NCBI GenBank assembly: GCA_964374115.1 | Contig: CAYJXK010000001.1 | Coordinates: 20,790-84,789, forward strand | Reading direction: 5' to 3' | Source: an uncultured Gammaproteobacteria bacterium | Lineage (GTDB): Bacteria; Patescibacteriota; Patescibacteriia; Magasanikbacterales; UBA922 | DNA length: 64,000 nt | Part shown: piece after piece, positions 18,791 through 28,086 of the stretch | How the letters are laid out: the number at the start of each line of letters is the position of its first letter | Position numbering within the stretch: the first letter of the stretch is position 1 | Position numbers and translations under genes: made by a program | Notes under the pieces: generated by a model | Databases searched by the model: none | Told to the model about the DNA's origin: nothing | The model's input: the letters and a program-made list of their open reading frames with translations, nothing else

Positions 18791-20083
18791 ATGCCTATCT
18801 TCATCGCCGATCTCTCTTCTCACGTCGAGAAACAAGTTACTCTCAAAGGATGGCTTTATAACAAGCGTTCGTCTGGATCGATCGCATTTTTGGAAATTCG
18901 AGATGGCACAGGGTTTGTGCAAGCAGTCGTCGACAAGTCCACCGCCCCAGAGTCTACATGGGCTGTCGCAGAAACGATTACGCAGGAATCATCTTTGTCT
19001 GTGTCTGGAAATGTGTCTGAACACCCAAAAAAACCTGGCGTGTTTGAATTGCACGTGACAGAACTTATCCTTATTCATATCGCCGAAGAATTTCCTATTG
19101 CCCTGAAAGACCATGGGCCAGAGTTTCTTCTTGATAATCGGCATCTGTGGCTGAGGAGTAAAAGGCAATGGGCAATTCTGCGGATTCGAGATGTGATTGA
19201 GAGCGCGATCCAAGAATACATGCATCAAGAGCGATTTGTCCGCGTGGATTCACCAATCTTTACACCGAATGCCTGCGAGGGAACCACCACGCTTTTTCCC
19301 GTCGAATATTTTGATGAAGGCACGGCCTATCTTGCGCAAACAGGACAGCTCTACATCGAGGCCGCGATTGCCTCGGTCGGGCGGTGCTATGATTTCGGGC
19401 CAGTATTCCGCAACGAAAAATCCAAGACCAAACGGCATCTCGCCGAGTTTTGGATGATGGATGCTGAGGCCGCATTTGTGGAGCATGAAGATAATATGAA
19501 AATTCAGGAAGGCCTTGTGAAATATATTACGAAAGATTGTCTTGAACGGTGCGTGGAAGAATTTCGTATTCTCGAGCGAGATCCGGCGCCGCTTCTTCCT
19601 GTCGTCGAAAAACCATTTCTTCGATATACATATGATGAAACAATAAAAAAATTGCATGAATTAGGATCTGACATCCGTCATGGTGAGGATTTAGGAAACG
19701 ATGACGAGGGCATGCTCACAGAGCATTCAGACGTCCCGATTTTTATTGAAAAATGGCCCAAACAAATTAAACCATTTTATATGCCAGATTCGGAGCAGAG
19801 CGGATATGTCCTCAACAATGATCTTATCGCGATCGAAGGCGCCGGTGAAATTATTGGTGGTTCACAGCGCATTGATAGACTTGATGAGCTGGTTCGACGT
19901 ATCCATGAGGACAATCTTCCACAAAAAGAATATGAATGGTATCTTGATTTACGCCGCTACGGCAGCGTACCTCACTCGGGATTCGGCATGGGGCTCGAGC
20001 GTATGGTGCGTTGGATGAGTGGCGTAGAACATATCCGAGAGTGCATTCCGTTTCCACGGACGATTACCCGATTGAGACCGTAG
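18791..20083 (+). CDS. asnS: Asparaginyl-tRNA synthetase (class IIb).
   Basis: OB-fold N-terminus ([26 protein letters not shown]). Motif 2 [24 protein letters not shown] matches AsnRS (E. coli [24 protein letters not shown]). A bacterial-type AspRS is present separately at 26249. Confidence 0.7.
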   Translation: [430 protein letters not shown]

Positions 20084-20133
20084 AGCCCATCTCAAAAACA
20101 TAAAAATAAGTCCGAAGAAAGTATTACAAGACT

Positions 20134-21426
20134 ATGTCTGAATTCAAATTTGAAAATAGAAGAAATAATGTATTGAATCCAGAGAAATTGAGTGTGGATG
20201 AACTTAAAGCCATGAGAAAACGCATTCTTTTTTTTGTGCATCCAGATCGGGGAGGGTCGGAGGAATTGGTGCATGAGGTGAATGTCGCGTGTGAAAAAGC
20301 AGAACAAGGAGATATGAGAGATTGTGTTGCGTTGTATGAGAAATATGTGAAGAATAAAAGTGACGAAGGGGAAAAAGATACACACGCTGTCGAGGAGAAA
20401 CAAGAGTTCGAGTTTTTTCAAATCTATCACTTTGTCGAAGGGCATATTGAGGATTTTATCGATCCTCAATCGGAAACGAATACTGCTCTTATTCAAGAAC
20501 TCAAGACGTATCTCGAGCAGGCCGAAGAGGGGAGTAAAAAATGGGGAGTGGGGTTTTTGGGAGCGTTGGAACATTTGCACACAGAAATTGAAACCTTTGA
20601 TCGGCTTGATTTGTGGGAGAATACAGAGGCGCGAGTGACAATGATTTCCGAGATCGAAGAAAAAATAGCTTTGGTTCTTCATGGAGAGAGTGTTGATGAC
20701 GAGAATAAAAAAGAAGAAGAAGAGATAGCGCTTGTTGTGCAAGAAAAAAATATTATGGAGGTTTTTTTGGTTTCCGTGTTTGCCAAAGTCATTGAAGTGA
20801 TTTCGGCATTCACAAAAAAATTTCTTGAAAAAAGAATTCATATCGCACCAGAATTTTCCGAGGCGCCATCTCCCGATGAGCGGGGGAGCATTGAAGACGA
20901 AGAAGAATTGTTTGATGCCCAAGAAGGAAACCAGAAAGAAAAAACAGGGGGAGTGCCAAAAGACGGGGGTGGTGGCCAACAACAGGCTCAGGCTGTCATT
21001 ATTGGGCAAGACGAAGAATGGTCGGAAGATTTGCTTGCGTCTCCTTTTATTGTGATGACAGATAATGTCGAGCGCAAAGACATTTGGCAAAACATGATTC
21101 ATAAAGGATTTATGCAAGGAGTTATCCGGCGTGATGAAGGAGGACAATTTGTGCTCACCATGAATCTTCGCGTATTACCATGGTGCGCTGATGAGCTACA
21201 GAGTTTTTTCAAAAAAAATATTGCGTATCATTCCCAATTTCCTGACCGACTGAAGCAGATTAAAAATCCGCAGACAGGCGACTATTTCCCCGAGGCAGTA
21301 TTTTTGGACAAAACAGGCAAAGCGCTTCGTTTTTATTTCCAAGATCGTTGGGAGGAATATCTGAAATCCCCAGAATATGATTGGTACAAAGAGCGCTTTG
21401 AAGATACCTATGGCATGGCAGCATAA
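20134..21426 (+). CDS. J-domain (DnaJ-like, HPD motif) protein with a long acidic C-terminal region of unknown function.
   Basis: ELKAMRKRILFFVHPDRGGSEELVHEVNVACEKAE matches the J-domain helix II/III with HPD. The remaining ~350 aa are E/K-rich and unassigned. Confidence 0.6.
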   Translation: MSEFKFENRRNNVLNPEKLSVDELKAMRKRILFFVHPDRGGSEELVHEVNVACEKAEQGDMRDCVALYEKYVKNKSDEGEKDTHAVEEKQEFEFFQIYHFVEGHIEDFIDPQSETNTALIQELKTYLEQAEEGSKKWGVGFLGALEHLHTEIETFDRLDLWENTEARVTMISEIEEKIALVLHGESVDDENKKEEEEIALVVQEKNIMEVFLVSVFAKVIEVISAFTKKFLEKRIHIAPEFSEAPSPDERGSIEDEEELFDAQEGNQKEKTGGVPKDGGGGQQQAQAVIIGQDEEWSEDLLASPFIVMTDNVERKDIWQNMIHKGFMQGVIRRDEGGQFVLTMNLRVLPWCADELQSFFKKNIAYHSQFPDRLKQIKNPQTGDYFPEAVFLDKTGKALRFYFQDRWEEYLKSPEYDWYKERFEDTYGMAA

Positions 21427-22375
21427 AGAGAAATTTTTTGAGCGACTTCACGATAGTATTCCATCTTCTTTTTTTTCTGATGTTGAAAAAACATTTCTCG
21501 ATCGACCGCCCACATTCCGTGTCAACACACTGCGATCCAGAAGGGAGGATGTTCTCGAACTCTTGCGAGAACATGGCTTTATCTTGAGACAAGTGCCGTG
21601 GTATCAAGATGCGTTTATTCTCACCAAAAAAACAAAACGTGACCTCATGAAGCTCGATCTCTATACGAGCGGGGCGGTGTATCTGCAAAGTCTTGCAAGT
21701 ATGGCGCCACCATTGGTGTTGGATCCAAAACGAGAGGAACGTGTCCTCGATTTGGCCGCTGCTCCGGGAAGTAAAACAAGCCAGATCGCGGCGCTCATGA
21801 AGCGGGAGGGAATATTGATTGCGAATGATAGAAATAAAGTACGGTTTTTCAAACTCAAGCACAACATGGAGTTGTTGGGAGTGACAGCGGACTACCCGGA
21901 TTGGCAGTTTACTCTTCGCATGGAAGACGGCGTGAAACTTTCTCGAGAATTTCCTCTCTTTTTCGATCGCATCCTTCTCGACGCGCCGTGCACCGCAGAA
22001 GCGCGATTTGTTCTCAGCGAGCCGAAAACATTTGGCTATTGGAGCGAGCGCAAGATCAAGGACATGGTCTACGCACAGTGGCGATTGCTCCTCGCCGCAT
22101 GGGCCATGCTCAAGCCTGGGGGAATACTGGTCTACTCCACATGCACATTTGCTCCAGAAGAAAATGAAGTGCAGGTGTCTCGATTTATTGAGAGAAATAA
22201 AGATGCCGAGATTCTGGAGAGCGGCATTTCCGGTCTCAAAGGATTGCCTGTGGTAAAAACATGGAAAGGAAAATCGCTCCATTCCCATATTTCTCGATGT
22301 TTTCGTATTTTCCCGACGGAAGAGATTGAAGGGTTTTTTGTGGCGAAGATACAGAAAAGTGAGTATATGACTTGA
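21410..22375 (+). CDS. 16S rRNA (cytosine-C5) methyltransferase, NOL1/NOP2/Sun family (RsmB/RsmF-like).
   Basis: SAM-binding LDLAAAPGSKTSQIA and the catalytic DRILLDAPCTAEAR and YSTCTF motifs. Start at the ATG at 21410 (MAWQHKEK), which overlaps the upstream gene end slightly. Confidence 0.8.
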   Translation: MAWQHKEKFFERLHDSIPSSFFSDVEKTFLDRPPTFRVNTLRSRREDVLELLREHGFILRQVPWYQDAFILTKKTKRDLMKLDLYTSGAVYLQSLASMAPPLVLDPKREERVLDLAAAPGSKTSQIAALMKREGILIANDRNKVRFFKLKHNMELLGVTADYPDWQFTLRMEDGVKLSREFPLFFDRILLDAPCTAEARFVLSEPKTFGYWSERKIKDMVYAQWRLLLAAWAMLKPGGILVYSTCTFAPEENEVQVSRFIERNKDAEILESGISGLKGLPVVKTWKGKSLHSHISRCFRIFPTEEIEGFFVAKIQKSEYMT

Positions 22376-22478
22376 CGTCTGTTACGTCGAAATGAGATAA
22401 TGCGGGTATTAAAATTATGAATGTGGGTCGTCTAGAAGACGACATGAAGAAAGTGAAGTCACTGGTTGGATTGGCATA

Positions 22479-23633
22479 ATGATACGTGGATGGAGAAAGC
22501 GTATGCATCATACGCCACGATGGTTGCGTGTATCTGTTTTTTTTTGTATTATTGTCGCTCTTTTGGTGGGCGGTTTCTTTTTTATAAATAAAAATCAATC
22601 AAACAATTCGTCCGCAGAAAATTTTCTTTCGAATATTTTTCAAAAGCAGACTTCTCTTGTCCTTCCTTCAGTCATTACTCGCATTGACCGTCTTCTTTTT
22701 CATTCGGAAACCCAAGAACTATTTTTTGTCGCGGAAAAATCGAATGGTAATCATGGGGTGTGGAGTTATGACGGAAAGATTTTTGAAGAACGATTGAACG
22801 TGACAGGAAAATTTTATGCCGGACATCTATTCGAAGACAACAAAGGAAATCTCTATTATAGTTCCAACAGTCCTTCAAAACTGTTTCGCTCGTCCGACCA
22901 TGGAAAAACATGGGATGTCGTGCTTGAATATGTTGATGTATTTTGGGCAATGACGGATGCGGGAAACGGCGTGTTGTACGGAAGTTTGTGGTCGCATAAT
23001 CTTCCTGCAGTATACCAAAGCACAGATCAAGGTAAGAGTTGGCATCTGTGGAAAAATTTTCATGACGTGTTTCCAGAGGATGCAGTCGTATACGCTGAGG
23101 GAGATAACCGATTTCGCATGCGTCATTTACATGATGTTGTCGCAATTGGAGAGAGCCTCTTTGTCGGTACGGGAGATATGGCGCGTGCTACTCTGCGATC
23201 TGGCGATGGAGGAGAAAGTTGGGAAAAAATTTGGGACGAGGGATTTACGGCGCATATATATGATAGAGAAAATAAACGTCTTTTTGTTGGCGCTGATCTG
23301 CGTGAAGGCAAAGGCATAGCGTTGTATGAATTTGGAAATCAAAGAGCAGAAGACGTGTGGGTTCCTTCTCAAGATTGGATGGGCTATATCTACAGCATGA
23401 TCGAGAAGAAGCCATTCCTTCTCGCCGCAACGCATATTGAGAATAATGAAAGCGCCGCGCAAAGGTTATATGGTATTCTTTTTTCAAAAAATGGAACCAG
23501 ATGGGAGGAAGGGTTGGTCTTTGAAAGCAATGAGCCATATACGACGCTATTTCTTGCCGACGGGCCGGGGAATGTGGTATATATGAGTCGAGAGGGGGAG
23601 TTGTTTGAGGTGGAAGTGAATGGAGAGTTGTGA
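22479..23633 (+). CDS. Membrane-anchored BNR/Asp-box repeat (beta-propeller) protein.
   Basis: N-terminal TM (VSVFFCIIVALLVGGFFFI). Asp-box repeats SSDHGKTWDVV, STDQGKSWHLW and SGDGGESWEKIW. Confidence 0.6.
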   Translation: MIRGWRKRMHHTPRWLRVSVFFCIIVALLVGGFFFINKNQSNNSSAENFLSNIFQKQTSLVLPSVITRIDRLLFHSETQELFFVAEKSNGNHGVWSYDGKIFEERLNVTGKFYAGHLFEDNKGNLYYSSNSPSKLFRSSDHGKTWDVVLEYVDVFWAMTDAGNGVLYGSLWSHNLPAVYQSTDQGKSWHLWKNFHDVFPEDAVVYAEGDNRFRMRHLHDVVAIGESLFVGTGDMARATLRSGDGGESWEKIWDEGFTAHIYDRENKRLFVGADLREGKGIALYEFGNQRAEDVWVPSQDWMGYIYSMIEKKPFLLAATHIENNESAAQRLYGILFSKNGTRWEEGLVFESNEPYTTLFLADGPGNVVYMSREGELFEVEVNGEL

Positions 23634-23649
23634 GTGAAGATGGGTCTTA

Positions 23650-24849
23650 ATGGAACTACCACGTATGCTTGATCAAAAAAATGAAGGCCTTACTCTTGAC
23701 CTCGTACAGGATGGTTGGAAATCATCTCGCGGATTTGTGAAACGCGAAATTCCAATGCCTATTCTTGACGAAAAGAATAGGACAAAGGATGCCATGTGTG
23801 TGATCGTCAAAGTCCTCTATGCGGGCATGTGCGGATCAGATCGCGGGATGTGGTTTCGGCAGGCGTTTACTGATATGTTTCGTGAAGCCCTCCAAAAAGA
23901 GGGGAAAAGTTTACGCGTTGTAGGGCATGAATTTGTGGGAGAGGTGGTGGAAGCTGGCTCACTTGTTGAATCAACCTATTTTGAAATCAAAAAAGGCGCG
24001 ATGGTTTCCGGTGATTCGCATGTTACCTGTGGCAAATGTTATCAATGTCGGCTCGGCGAACAAGAAGTCTGTCAGGAACAGGCGATCCTTGGGATTACCA
24101 TTGATGGTATTTTCGCGAACTATGTGAAAGTGTCGGCAAAAAATCTTTGGGCAGTGGATCTCTCTCGCGTGCGGCCGGAAATTTGCGCGATGTATGATCC
24201 ATTTGGCAACGCGGTACACGCGCTCACCAAAGTGGATATACGAGGGGCGCGGGTCGCTATTTTTGGCTGTGGACAAATAGGGCTGTTTGCTATTCTGCTC
24301 GCGCGTCATTTTGGCTCTGCGAAAGTCATTGGGATTGATGTCAATCCACGCCATCTCAGTCTTGCCAAACAACTTGGCGCGCACGAGGTGATTGTCATTG
24401 ATCCATCGATTCAAAAAAATCATCCGTATGACGCGGATAAAGAAGTGGTTCATCGAATCAAAGAGCTCACATACAGCAAAGGGGTAGATGTGAGTCTTGA
24501 AATGGCAGGATTTAACTCGTCTGTGAACAATTGTATTGAAGCAACGCGTTATGGCGGACATATTATTTTGTTTGGCATTAAAGACGGCGATTTTACCATT
24601 CCCAATTTTTCCAGTTTGATTGTCAAAGGATTCACGATTCATAATGTCATTGGTCGGCAAATTTTTAAAACTTGGCAGATTGCCCAGCGCGTTCTCTCGG
24701 ATCGATCCAATGGCATTCAAGACGCAATGTGGAACCTTATTTTGAATCAAGGCAATGGAACAATGATTAAATTTTCAGAGTATTCAAAAGATTTGGTGGA
24801 GGAGAAGATGAATAAGCATCCGAAGTTGGTGTTCTGTATGGAGATGTAA
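23650..24849 (+). CDS. tdh: Zn-dependent L-threonine 3-dehydrogenase (MDR alcohol dehydrogenase family).
   Basis: GHEFVGEVVEAG, the structural-Zn cluster CGKCYQCRLGEQEVC and Rossmann motif IFGCGQIGL. Lies adjacent to kbl. Confidence 0.7.
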   Translation: MELPRMLDQKNEGLTLDLVQDGWKSSRGFVKREIPMPILDEKNRTKDAMCVIVKVLYAGMCGSDRGMWFRQAFTDMFREALQKEGKSLRVVGHEFVGEVVEAGSLVESTYFEIKKGAMVSGDSHVTCGKCYQCRLGEQEVCQEQAILGITIDGIFANYVKVSAKNLWAVDLSRVRPEICAMYDPFGNAVHALTKVDIRGARVAIFGCGQIGLFAILLARHFGSAKVIGIDVNPRHLSLAKQLGAHEVIVIDPSIQKNHPYDADKEVVHRIKELTYSKGVDVSLEMAGFNSSVNNCIEATRYGGHIILFGIKDGDFTIPNFSSLIVKGFTIHNVIGRQIFKTWQIAQRVLSDRSNGIQDAMWNLILNQGNGTMIKFSEYSKDLVEEKMNKHPKLVFCMEM

Positions 24850-25006
24850 GTTTTTTTCAAAACATTCAGCTCCTTTTTGTCAATTTTCGTTTTCTTACAA
24901 CTATGTATGCCGCTCTTGAAAAAGCACAAACACGAAATGAATACGATGGACTTGAGGAATTTGTTGGCAATGCCATTTTAGCTGGATTTAAAATTGTAGA
25001 AAGAGT

Positions 25007-26191
25007 ATGAACCCCCAACTTTCCACCATTGCAAAAACCATTGTTGATAAAATAAAATCCTCGGGTTTCTATAAACAGCAGCGGATTATTTCGACGCGTC
25101 AAGACACCACGATTACTGCAGATGGTAGGACCGTCCTCAATTTTTGCGCGAATAATTATTTGGGGCTTTCTGGACGGCAGGAACTTGTGAATGCGGCAAA
25201 AGAGGCGATCGAAATATATGGGTATGGACTCTCTTCCGTTCGATTTATTTGCGGCACGCAAACTATTCACAAGGAACTTGAAAAAAAAATCGCGGTGTTT
25301 CTCCACAAAGACGGCGCGATTCTTTTTACATCGTGTTGGGATGCCAATGAAGCAGTGTTTGCGACACTTCTTACAGATGAGGATGCTGTTATTTCAGATG
25401 AATTGAATCATGCGAGCCTTATTGATGGGATTCGCCTCTGCAAGGCTGAACGCCATGTGTTCCGTCACATGGATATGAGTGATCTCGAAGAGAAATTGAA
25501 AACGACAAAAGGGAAACGGCAGCGATGTGTCGTTACTGATGGGGTCTTTAGCATGGATGGCGATATCGCGCCGATTAAAACAATTTGTGATCTCGCTGAT
25601 CGCTACAATGCGTTTGTGGTTGTTGACGATTCGCACGCGACTGGATGTTTGGGTGGAACCGGCAGAGGAGCTGCCGAAGCAGAGGGCGCGCTCGATCGCG
25701 TGGATCTTATCACTACCACATTTGGGAAAGCATTGGGTGGCGCAAATGGCGGATGTATCGCAGGTTCAAAAGAAGTCATTGAGCTTTTGCATCAACGCGC
25801 GCGAACCGCGCTTTTCACGAATACACTTCCGCCAGTTGTCGTTGCGACCACGATGTATGTTCTTGATTTTATCGAAGCGCATCCGGAACTTCGGGAAACA
25901 TTGTGGAAAAACACCAAATATTTCCGATCCAAAATGACAGAGACAGGATTTACAGTTCCACAGTCAGTCCATCCGATTGTTCCCGTCATGCTCGGAGACG
26001 GAAAACTCGCGAGTGATATGGCCCGTGATATGCTCGACGAGGGGATTTACGTGATCGGATTTAGCTATCCGGTGGTCCCAATGGGAAAAGCGCGCATTCG
26101 GGTGCAGATTTCTGCTGCCCATACGCGCGAAGAGATCGACCGCATTGTGACTGCGTTTGTGAAGTTGGGGAAGAAGTACGGGATACTATAG
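25007..26191 (+). CDS. kbl: 2-amino-3-ketobutyrate CoA ligase (glycine C-acetyltransferase), a PLP enzyme.
   Basis: LNFCANNYLGLS, the PLP-lysine region TFGKALGGANGGCIAGS and the AOS-family fold. Sits downstream of tdh. Confidence 0.85.
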   Translation: MNPQLSTIAKTIVDKIKSSGFYKQQRIISTRQDTTITADGRTVLNFCANNYLGLSGRQELVNAAKEAIEIYGYGLSSVRFICGTQTIHKELEKKIAVFLHKDGAILFTSCWDANEAVFATLLTDEDAVISDELNHASLIDGIRLCKAERHVFRHMDMSDLEEKLKTTKGKRQRCVVTDGVFSMDGDIAPIKTICDLADRYNAFVVVDDSHATGCLGGTGRGAAEAEGALDRVDLITTTFGKALGGANGGCIAGSKEVIELLHQRARTALFTNTLPPVVVATTMYVLDFIEAHPELRETLWKNTKYFRSKMTETGFTVPQSVHPIVPVMLGDGKLASDMARDMLDEGIYVIGFSYPVVPMGKARIRVQISAAHTREEIDRIVTAFVKLGKKYGIL

Positions 26192-26248
26192 CTCAGGTTA
26201 TCACCTTCACCTTGCAAAGACAATCTTCTGTGCTACAATAGATGGACT

Positions 26249-28030
26249 ATGCATTATCGCACACATACCTGTGGAGAGCTTCGAACGAGTCACGCGGGGG
26301 AAGAGGTAAAGCTCGCTGGCTGGGTGGATCGGCGCCGGAAACTCGGTGGCCTTATTTTTATTGATCTTCGGGACCGATACGGCATCACGCAAGTCGTGTT
26401 TCATCCAGAAACGGTGAATGATTTTTCTTTGGCTGACGAATTGAAATATGAGTATATCATTTCTGTTTCTGGGAAGGTTGTCGCGCGAGAAGAGGAGGCT
26501 ACCAATCATGAGCTTCCCACAGGTGAGATAGAGCTTCACGCCATATCATTTGAAATACTTTCGAAAGCGAAGACGATGCCATTTGAGATTTTTGACGCGC
26601 ATAAAGAAGAGGAAGATGAAGAATTGCGTTTGAAGTTTCGATTTTTGGAATTGCGCCGTAAGAAATTGAAAGAAACTATATTGTTTCGAGCGCGGATGAT
26701 TCAGTATATCAGGACATACATGGAAGAGAGGGGATTTGTGGATATTCCGACACCCATTCTTACCGTGAGCTCTCCCGAAGGTGCGAGAGATTATCTCGTG
26801 CCAAGCCGTTTACATCCGGGCTCATTCTATGCGCTTCCGCAGGCGCCACAGCAATATAAACAGCTTCTTATGGTTGGTGGATTTGATCGCTATTATCAAA
26901 TTGCCCCGTGCATGCGCGATGAAGATCCTCGGGCTGATCGCGCGCCAGGGGAATTTTATCAACTCGATTGTGAAACGAGTTTTCTCAGTCGAGATGAGTT
27001 TTTTGATCTCATGGAGCCGTTGTTTATCGGGCTCACCGAAGAAGTGGCACACAAAAAAGTACTCATGAAACCGTTTCCACGTTTGCCATATCGTGAGGCC
27101 ATGGAAACATACGGAAGCGATCGGCCAGATCTTCGGTATGATCTGCGACTCATGGATGTCTCTCCATGGGCAAACAAAACAGATTTTAAGGTATTTCAGA
27201 CGCCTCGATTTGTTCGTGTGTTGGTTGTTCCAAACGGCGCATCTTTTTCTCGCAAAGAAATTGAAGACGAATTCGAAGACGCCGCGAAAAGACATCATGC
27301 CAAAGGTCTTGCGTGGATGAAATATGCGGATGGAAAATTTGATGGTCCGATCGTGAAATTTTTCACTCAGACGCAATTGGATCAATTAGTCCGCCAGCTG
27401 GCGGAAGATCAATTAGAACAATCCCCGAATGCCATTCTTTTTTTCGTCGCCGATGATTCTTGGGACATCTCATGCAAGGGGCTTGGCGCTGTACGAGATC
27501 TCGTCGCAAAAAAGTTGCATCTCGCAGATACAGATACGATTGGATGGGCCTGGATTATTGATTTTCCCATGTATGAGTGGAATGAAGAGCAGAAAAAAAT
27601 AGATTTCGGCCACAATCCGTTTTCTATGCCACAAGGCGGGCTTGAAGCGCTTGAGACCAAAAATCCGCTTGACATTCTCGCCTTTCAATATGACATTATC
27701 GCGAATGGGTACGAAATTTCTTCTGGCGCTGTGAGAAATAAAGATCCAGAGATCATGTATAAAGCGTTTGCAATTGCGGGATATTCTTCTGACGTCGTGA
27801 ACAAAAAATTCGGTCACATGATCCGGGCATTTGAATATGGCGCGCCGCCTCATTGCGGGTTTGCTCCGGGAATTGAGCGATTGGCGATGGTTCTCACCGG
27901 AGAGACAAATATCCGCACCGTGATCCCATTTCCAAAAAATCAAAAAGCAGAAGAGCCAATGACCGGTGCACCGGGCGTGGTCGATCCCGAGCAATTGAAG
28001 GAATTGCATATTCAAGTGCAGGCAGAGTAA
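26249..28030 (+). CDS. aspS: Aspartyl-tRNA synthetase (bacterial type).
   Basis: MHYRTHTCGELRTSHAGEEVKLAGWVDRRRKLGGLIFIDLRDRYGITQVV. Carries the insertion domain, FRDEDPRADR and GAPPHCGFAPGIERL. Confidence 0.95.
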   Translation: MHYRTHTCGELRTSHAGEEVKLAGWVDRRRKLGGLIFIDLRDRYGITQVVFHPETVNDFSLADELKYEYIISVSGKVVAREEEATNHELPTGEIELHAISFEILSKAKTMPFEIFDAHKEEEDEELRLKFRFLELRRKKLKETILFRARMIQYIRTYMEERGFVDIPTPILTVSSPEGARDYLVPSRLHPGSFYALPQAPQQYKQLLMVGGFDRYYQIAPCMRDEDPRADRAPGEFYQLDCETSFLSRDEFFDLMEPLFIGLTEEVAHKKVLMKPFPRLPYREAMETYGSDRPDLRYDLRLMDVSPWANKTDFKVFQTPRFVRVLVVPNGASFSRKEIEDEFEDAAKRHHAKGLAWMKYADGKFDGPIVKFFTQTQLDQLVRQLAEDQLEQSPNAILFFVADDSWDISCKGLGAVRDLVAKKLHLADTDTIGWAWIIDFPMYEWNEEQKKIDFGHNPFSMPQGGLEALETKNPLDILAFQYDIIANGYEISSGAVRNKDPEIMYKAFAIAGYSSDVVNKKFGHMIRAFEYGAPPHCGFAPGIERLAMVLTGETNIRTVIPFPKNQKAEEPMTGAPGVVDPEQLKELHIQVQAE

Positions 28031-28086
28031 AGAATAAAGAATCATGAATCATACGTTAAGAATGAGCAAAAAAATTCCTACGGTAT

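Noticed and set aside
18499-18861. 120-aa acidic plus-strand ORF between pyk and asnS.
   Set aside because: It overlaps the better-supported minus-strand small peptide gene (consensus promoter plus AAGGAG) and runs through the 30-bp palindrome into the asnS start region. Likely spurious.
20092-21147. 351-aa minus-strand ORF antisense to the J-domain gene.
   Set aside because: Extremely F/K/L-rich low-complexity translation (runs of FFFFF). It is the mirror image of the E/K-rich sense gene, whose HPD J-domain supports the plus strand.
21260-22288. 342-aa minus-strand ORF antisense to the rRNA methyltransferase gene.
   Set aside because: The plus-strand product has unambiguous NOL1/NOP2/Sun catalytic motifs. 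The antisense translation has no recognisable features.
24850-25006. Possible riboswitch (e.g. glycine) in the 157-bp tdh-kbl spacer.
   Set aside because: No glycine-riboswitch conserved core was recognisable. Only weak promoter-like hexamers are present.
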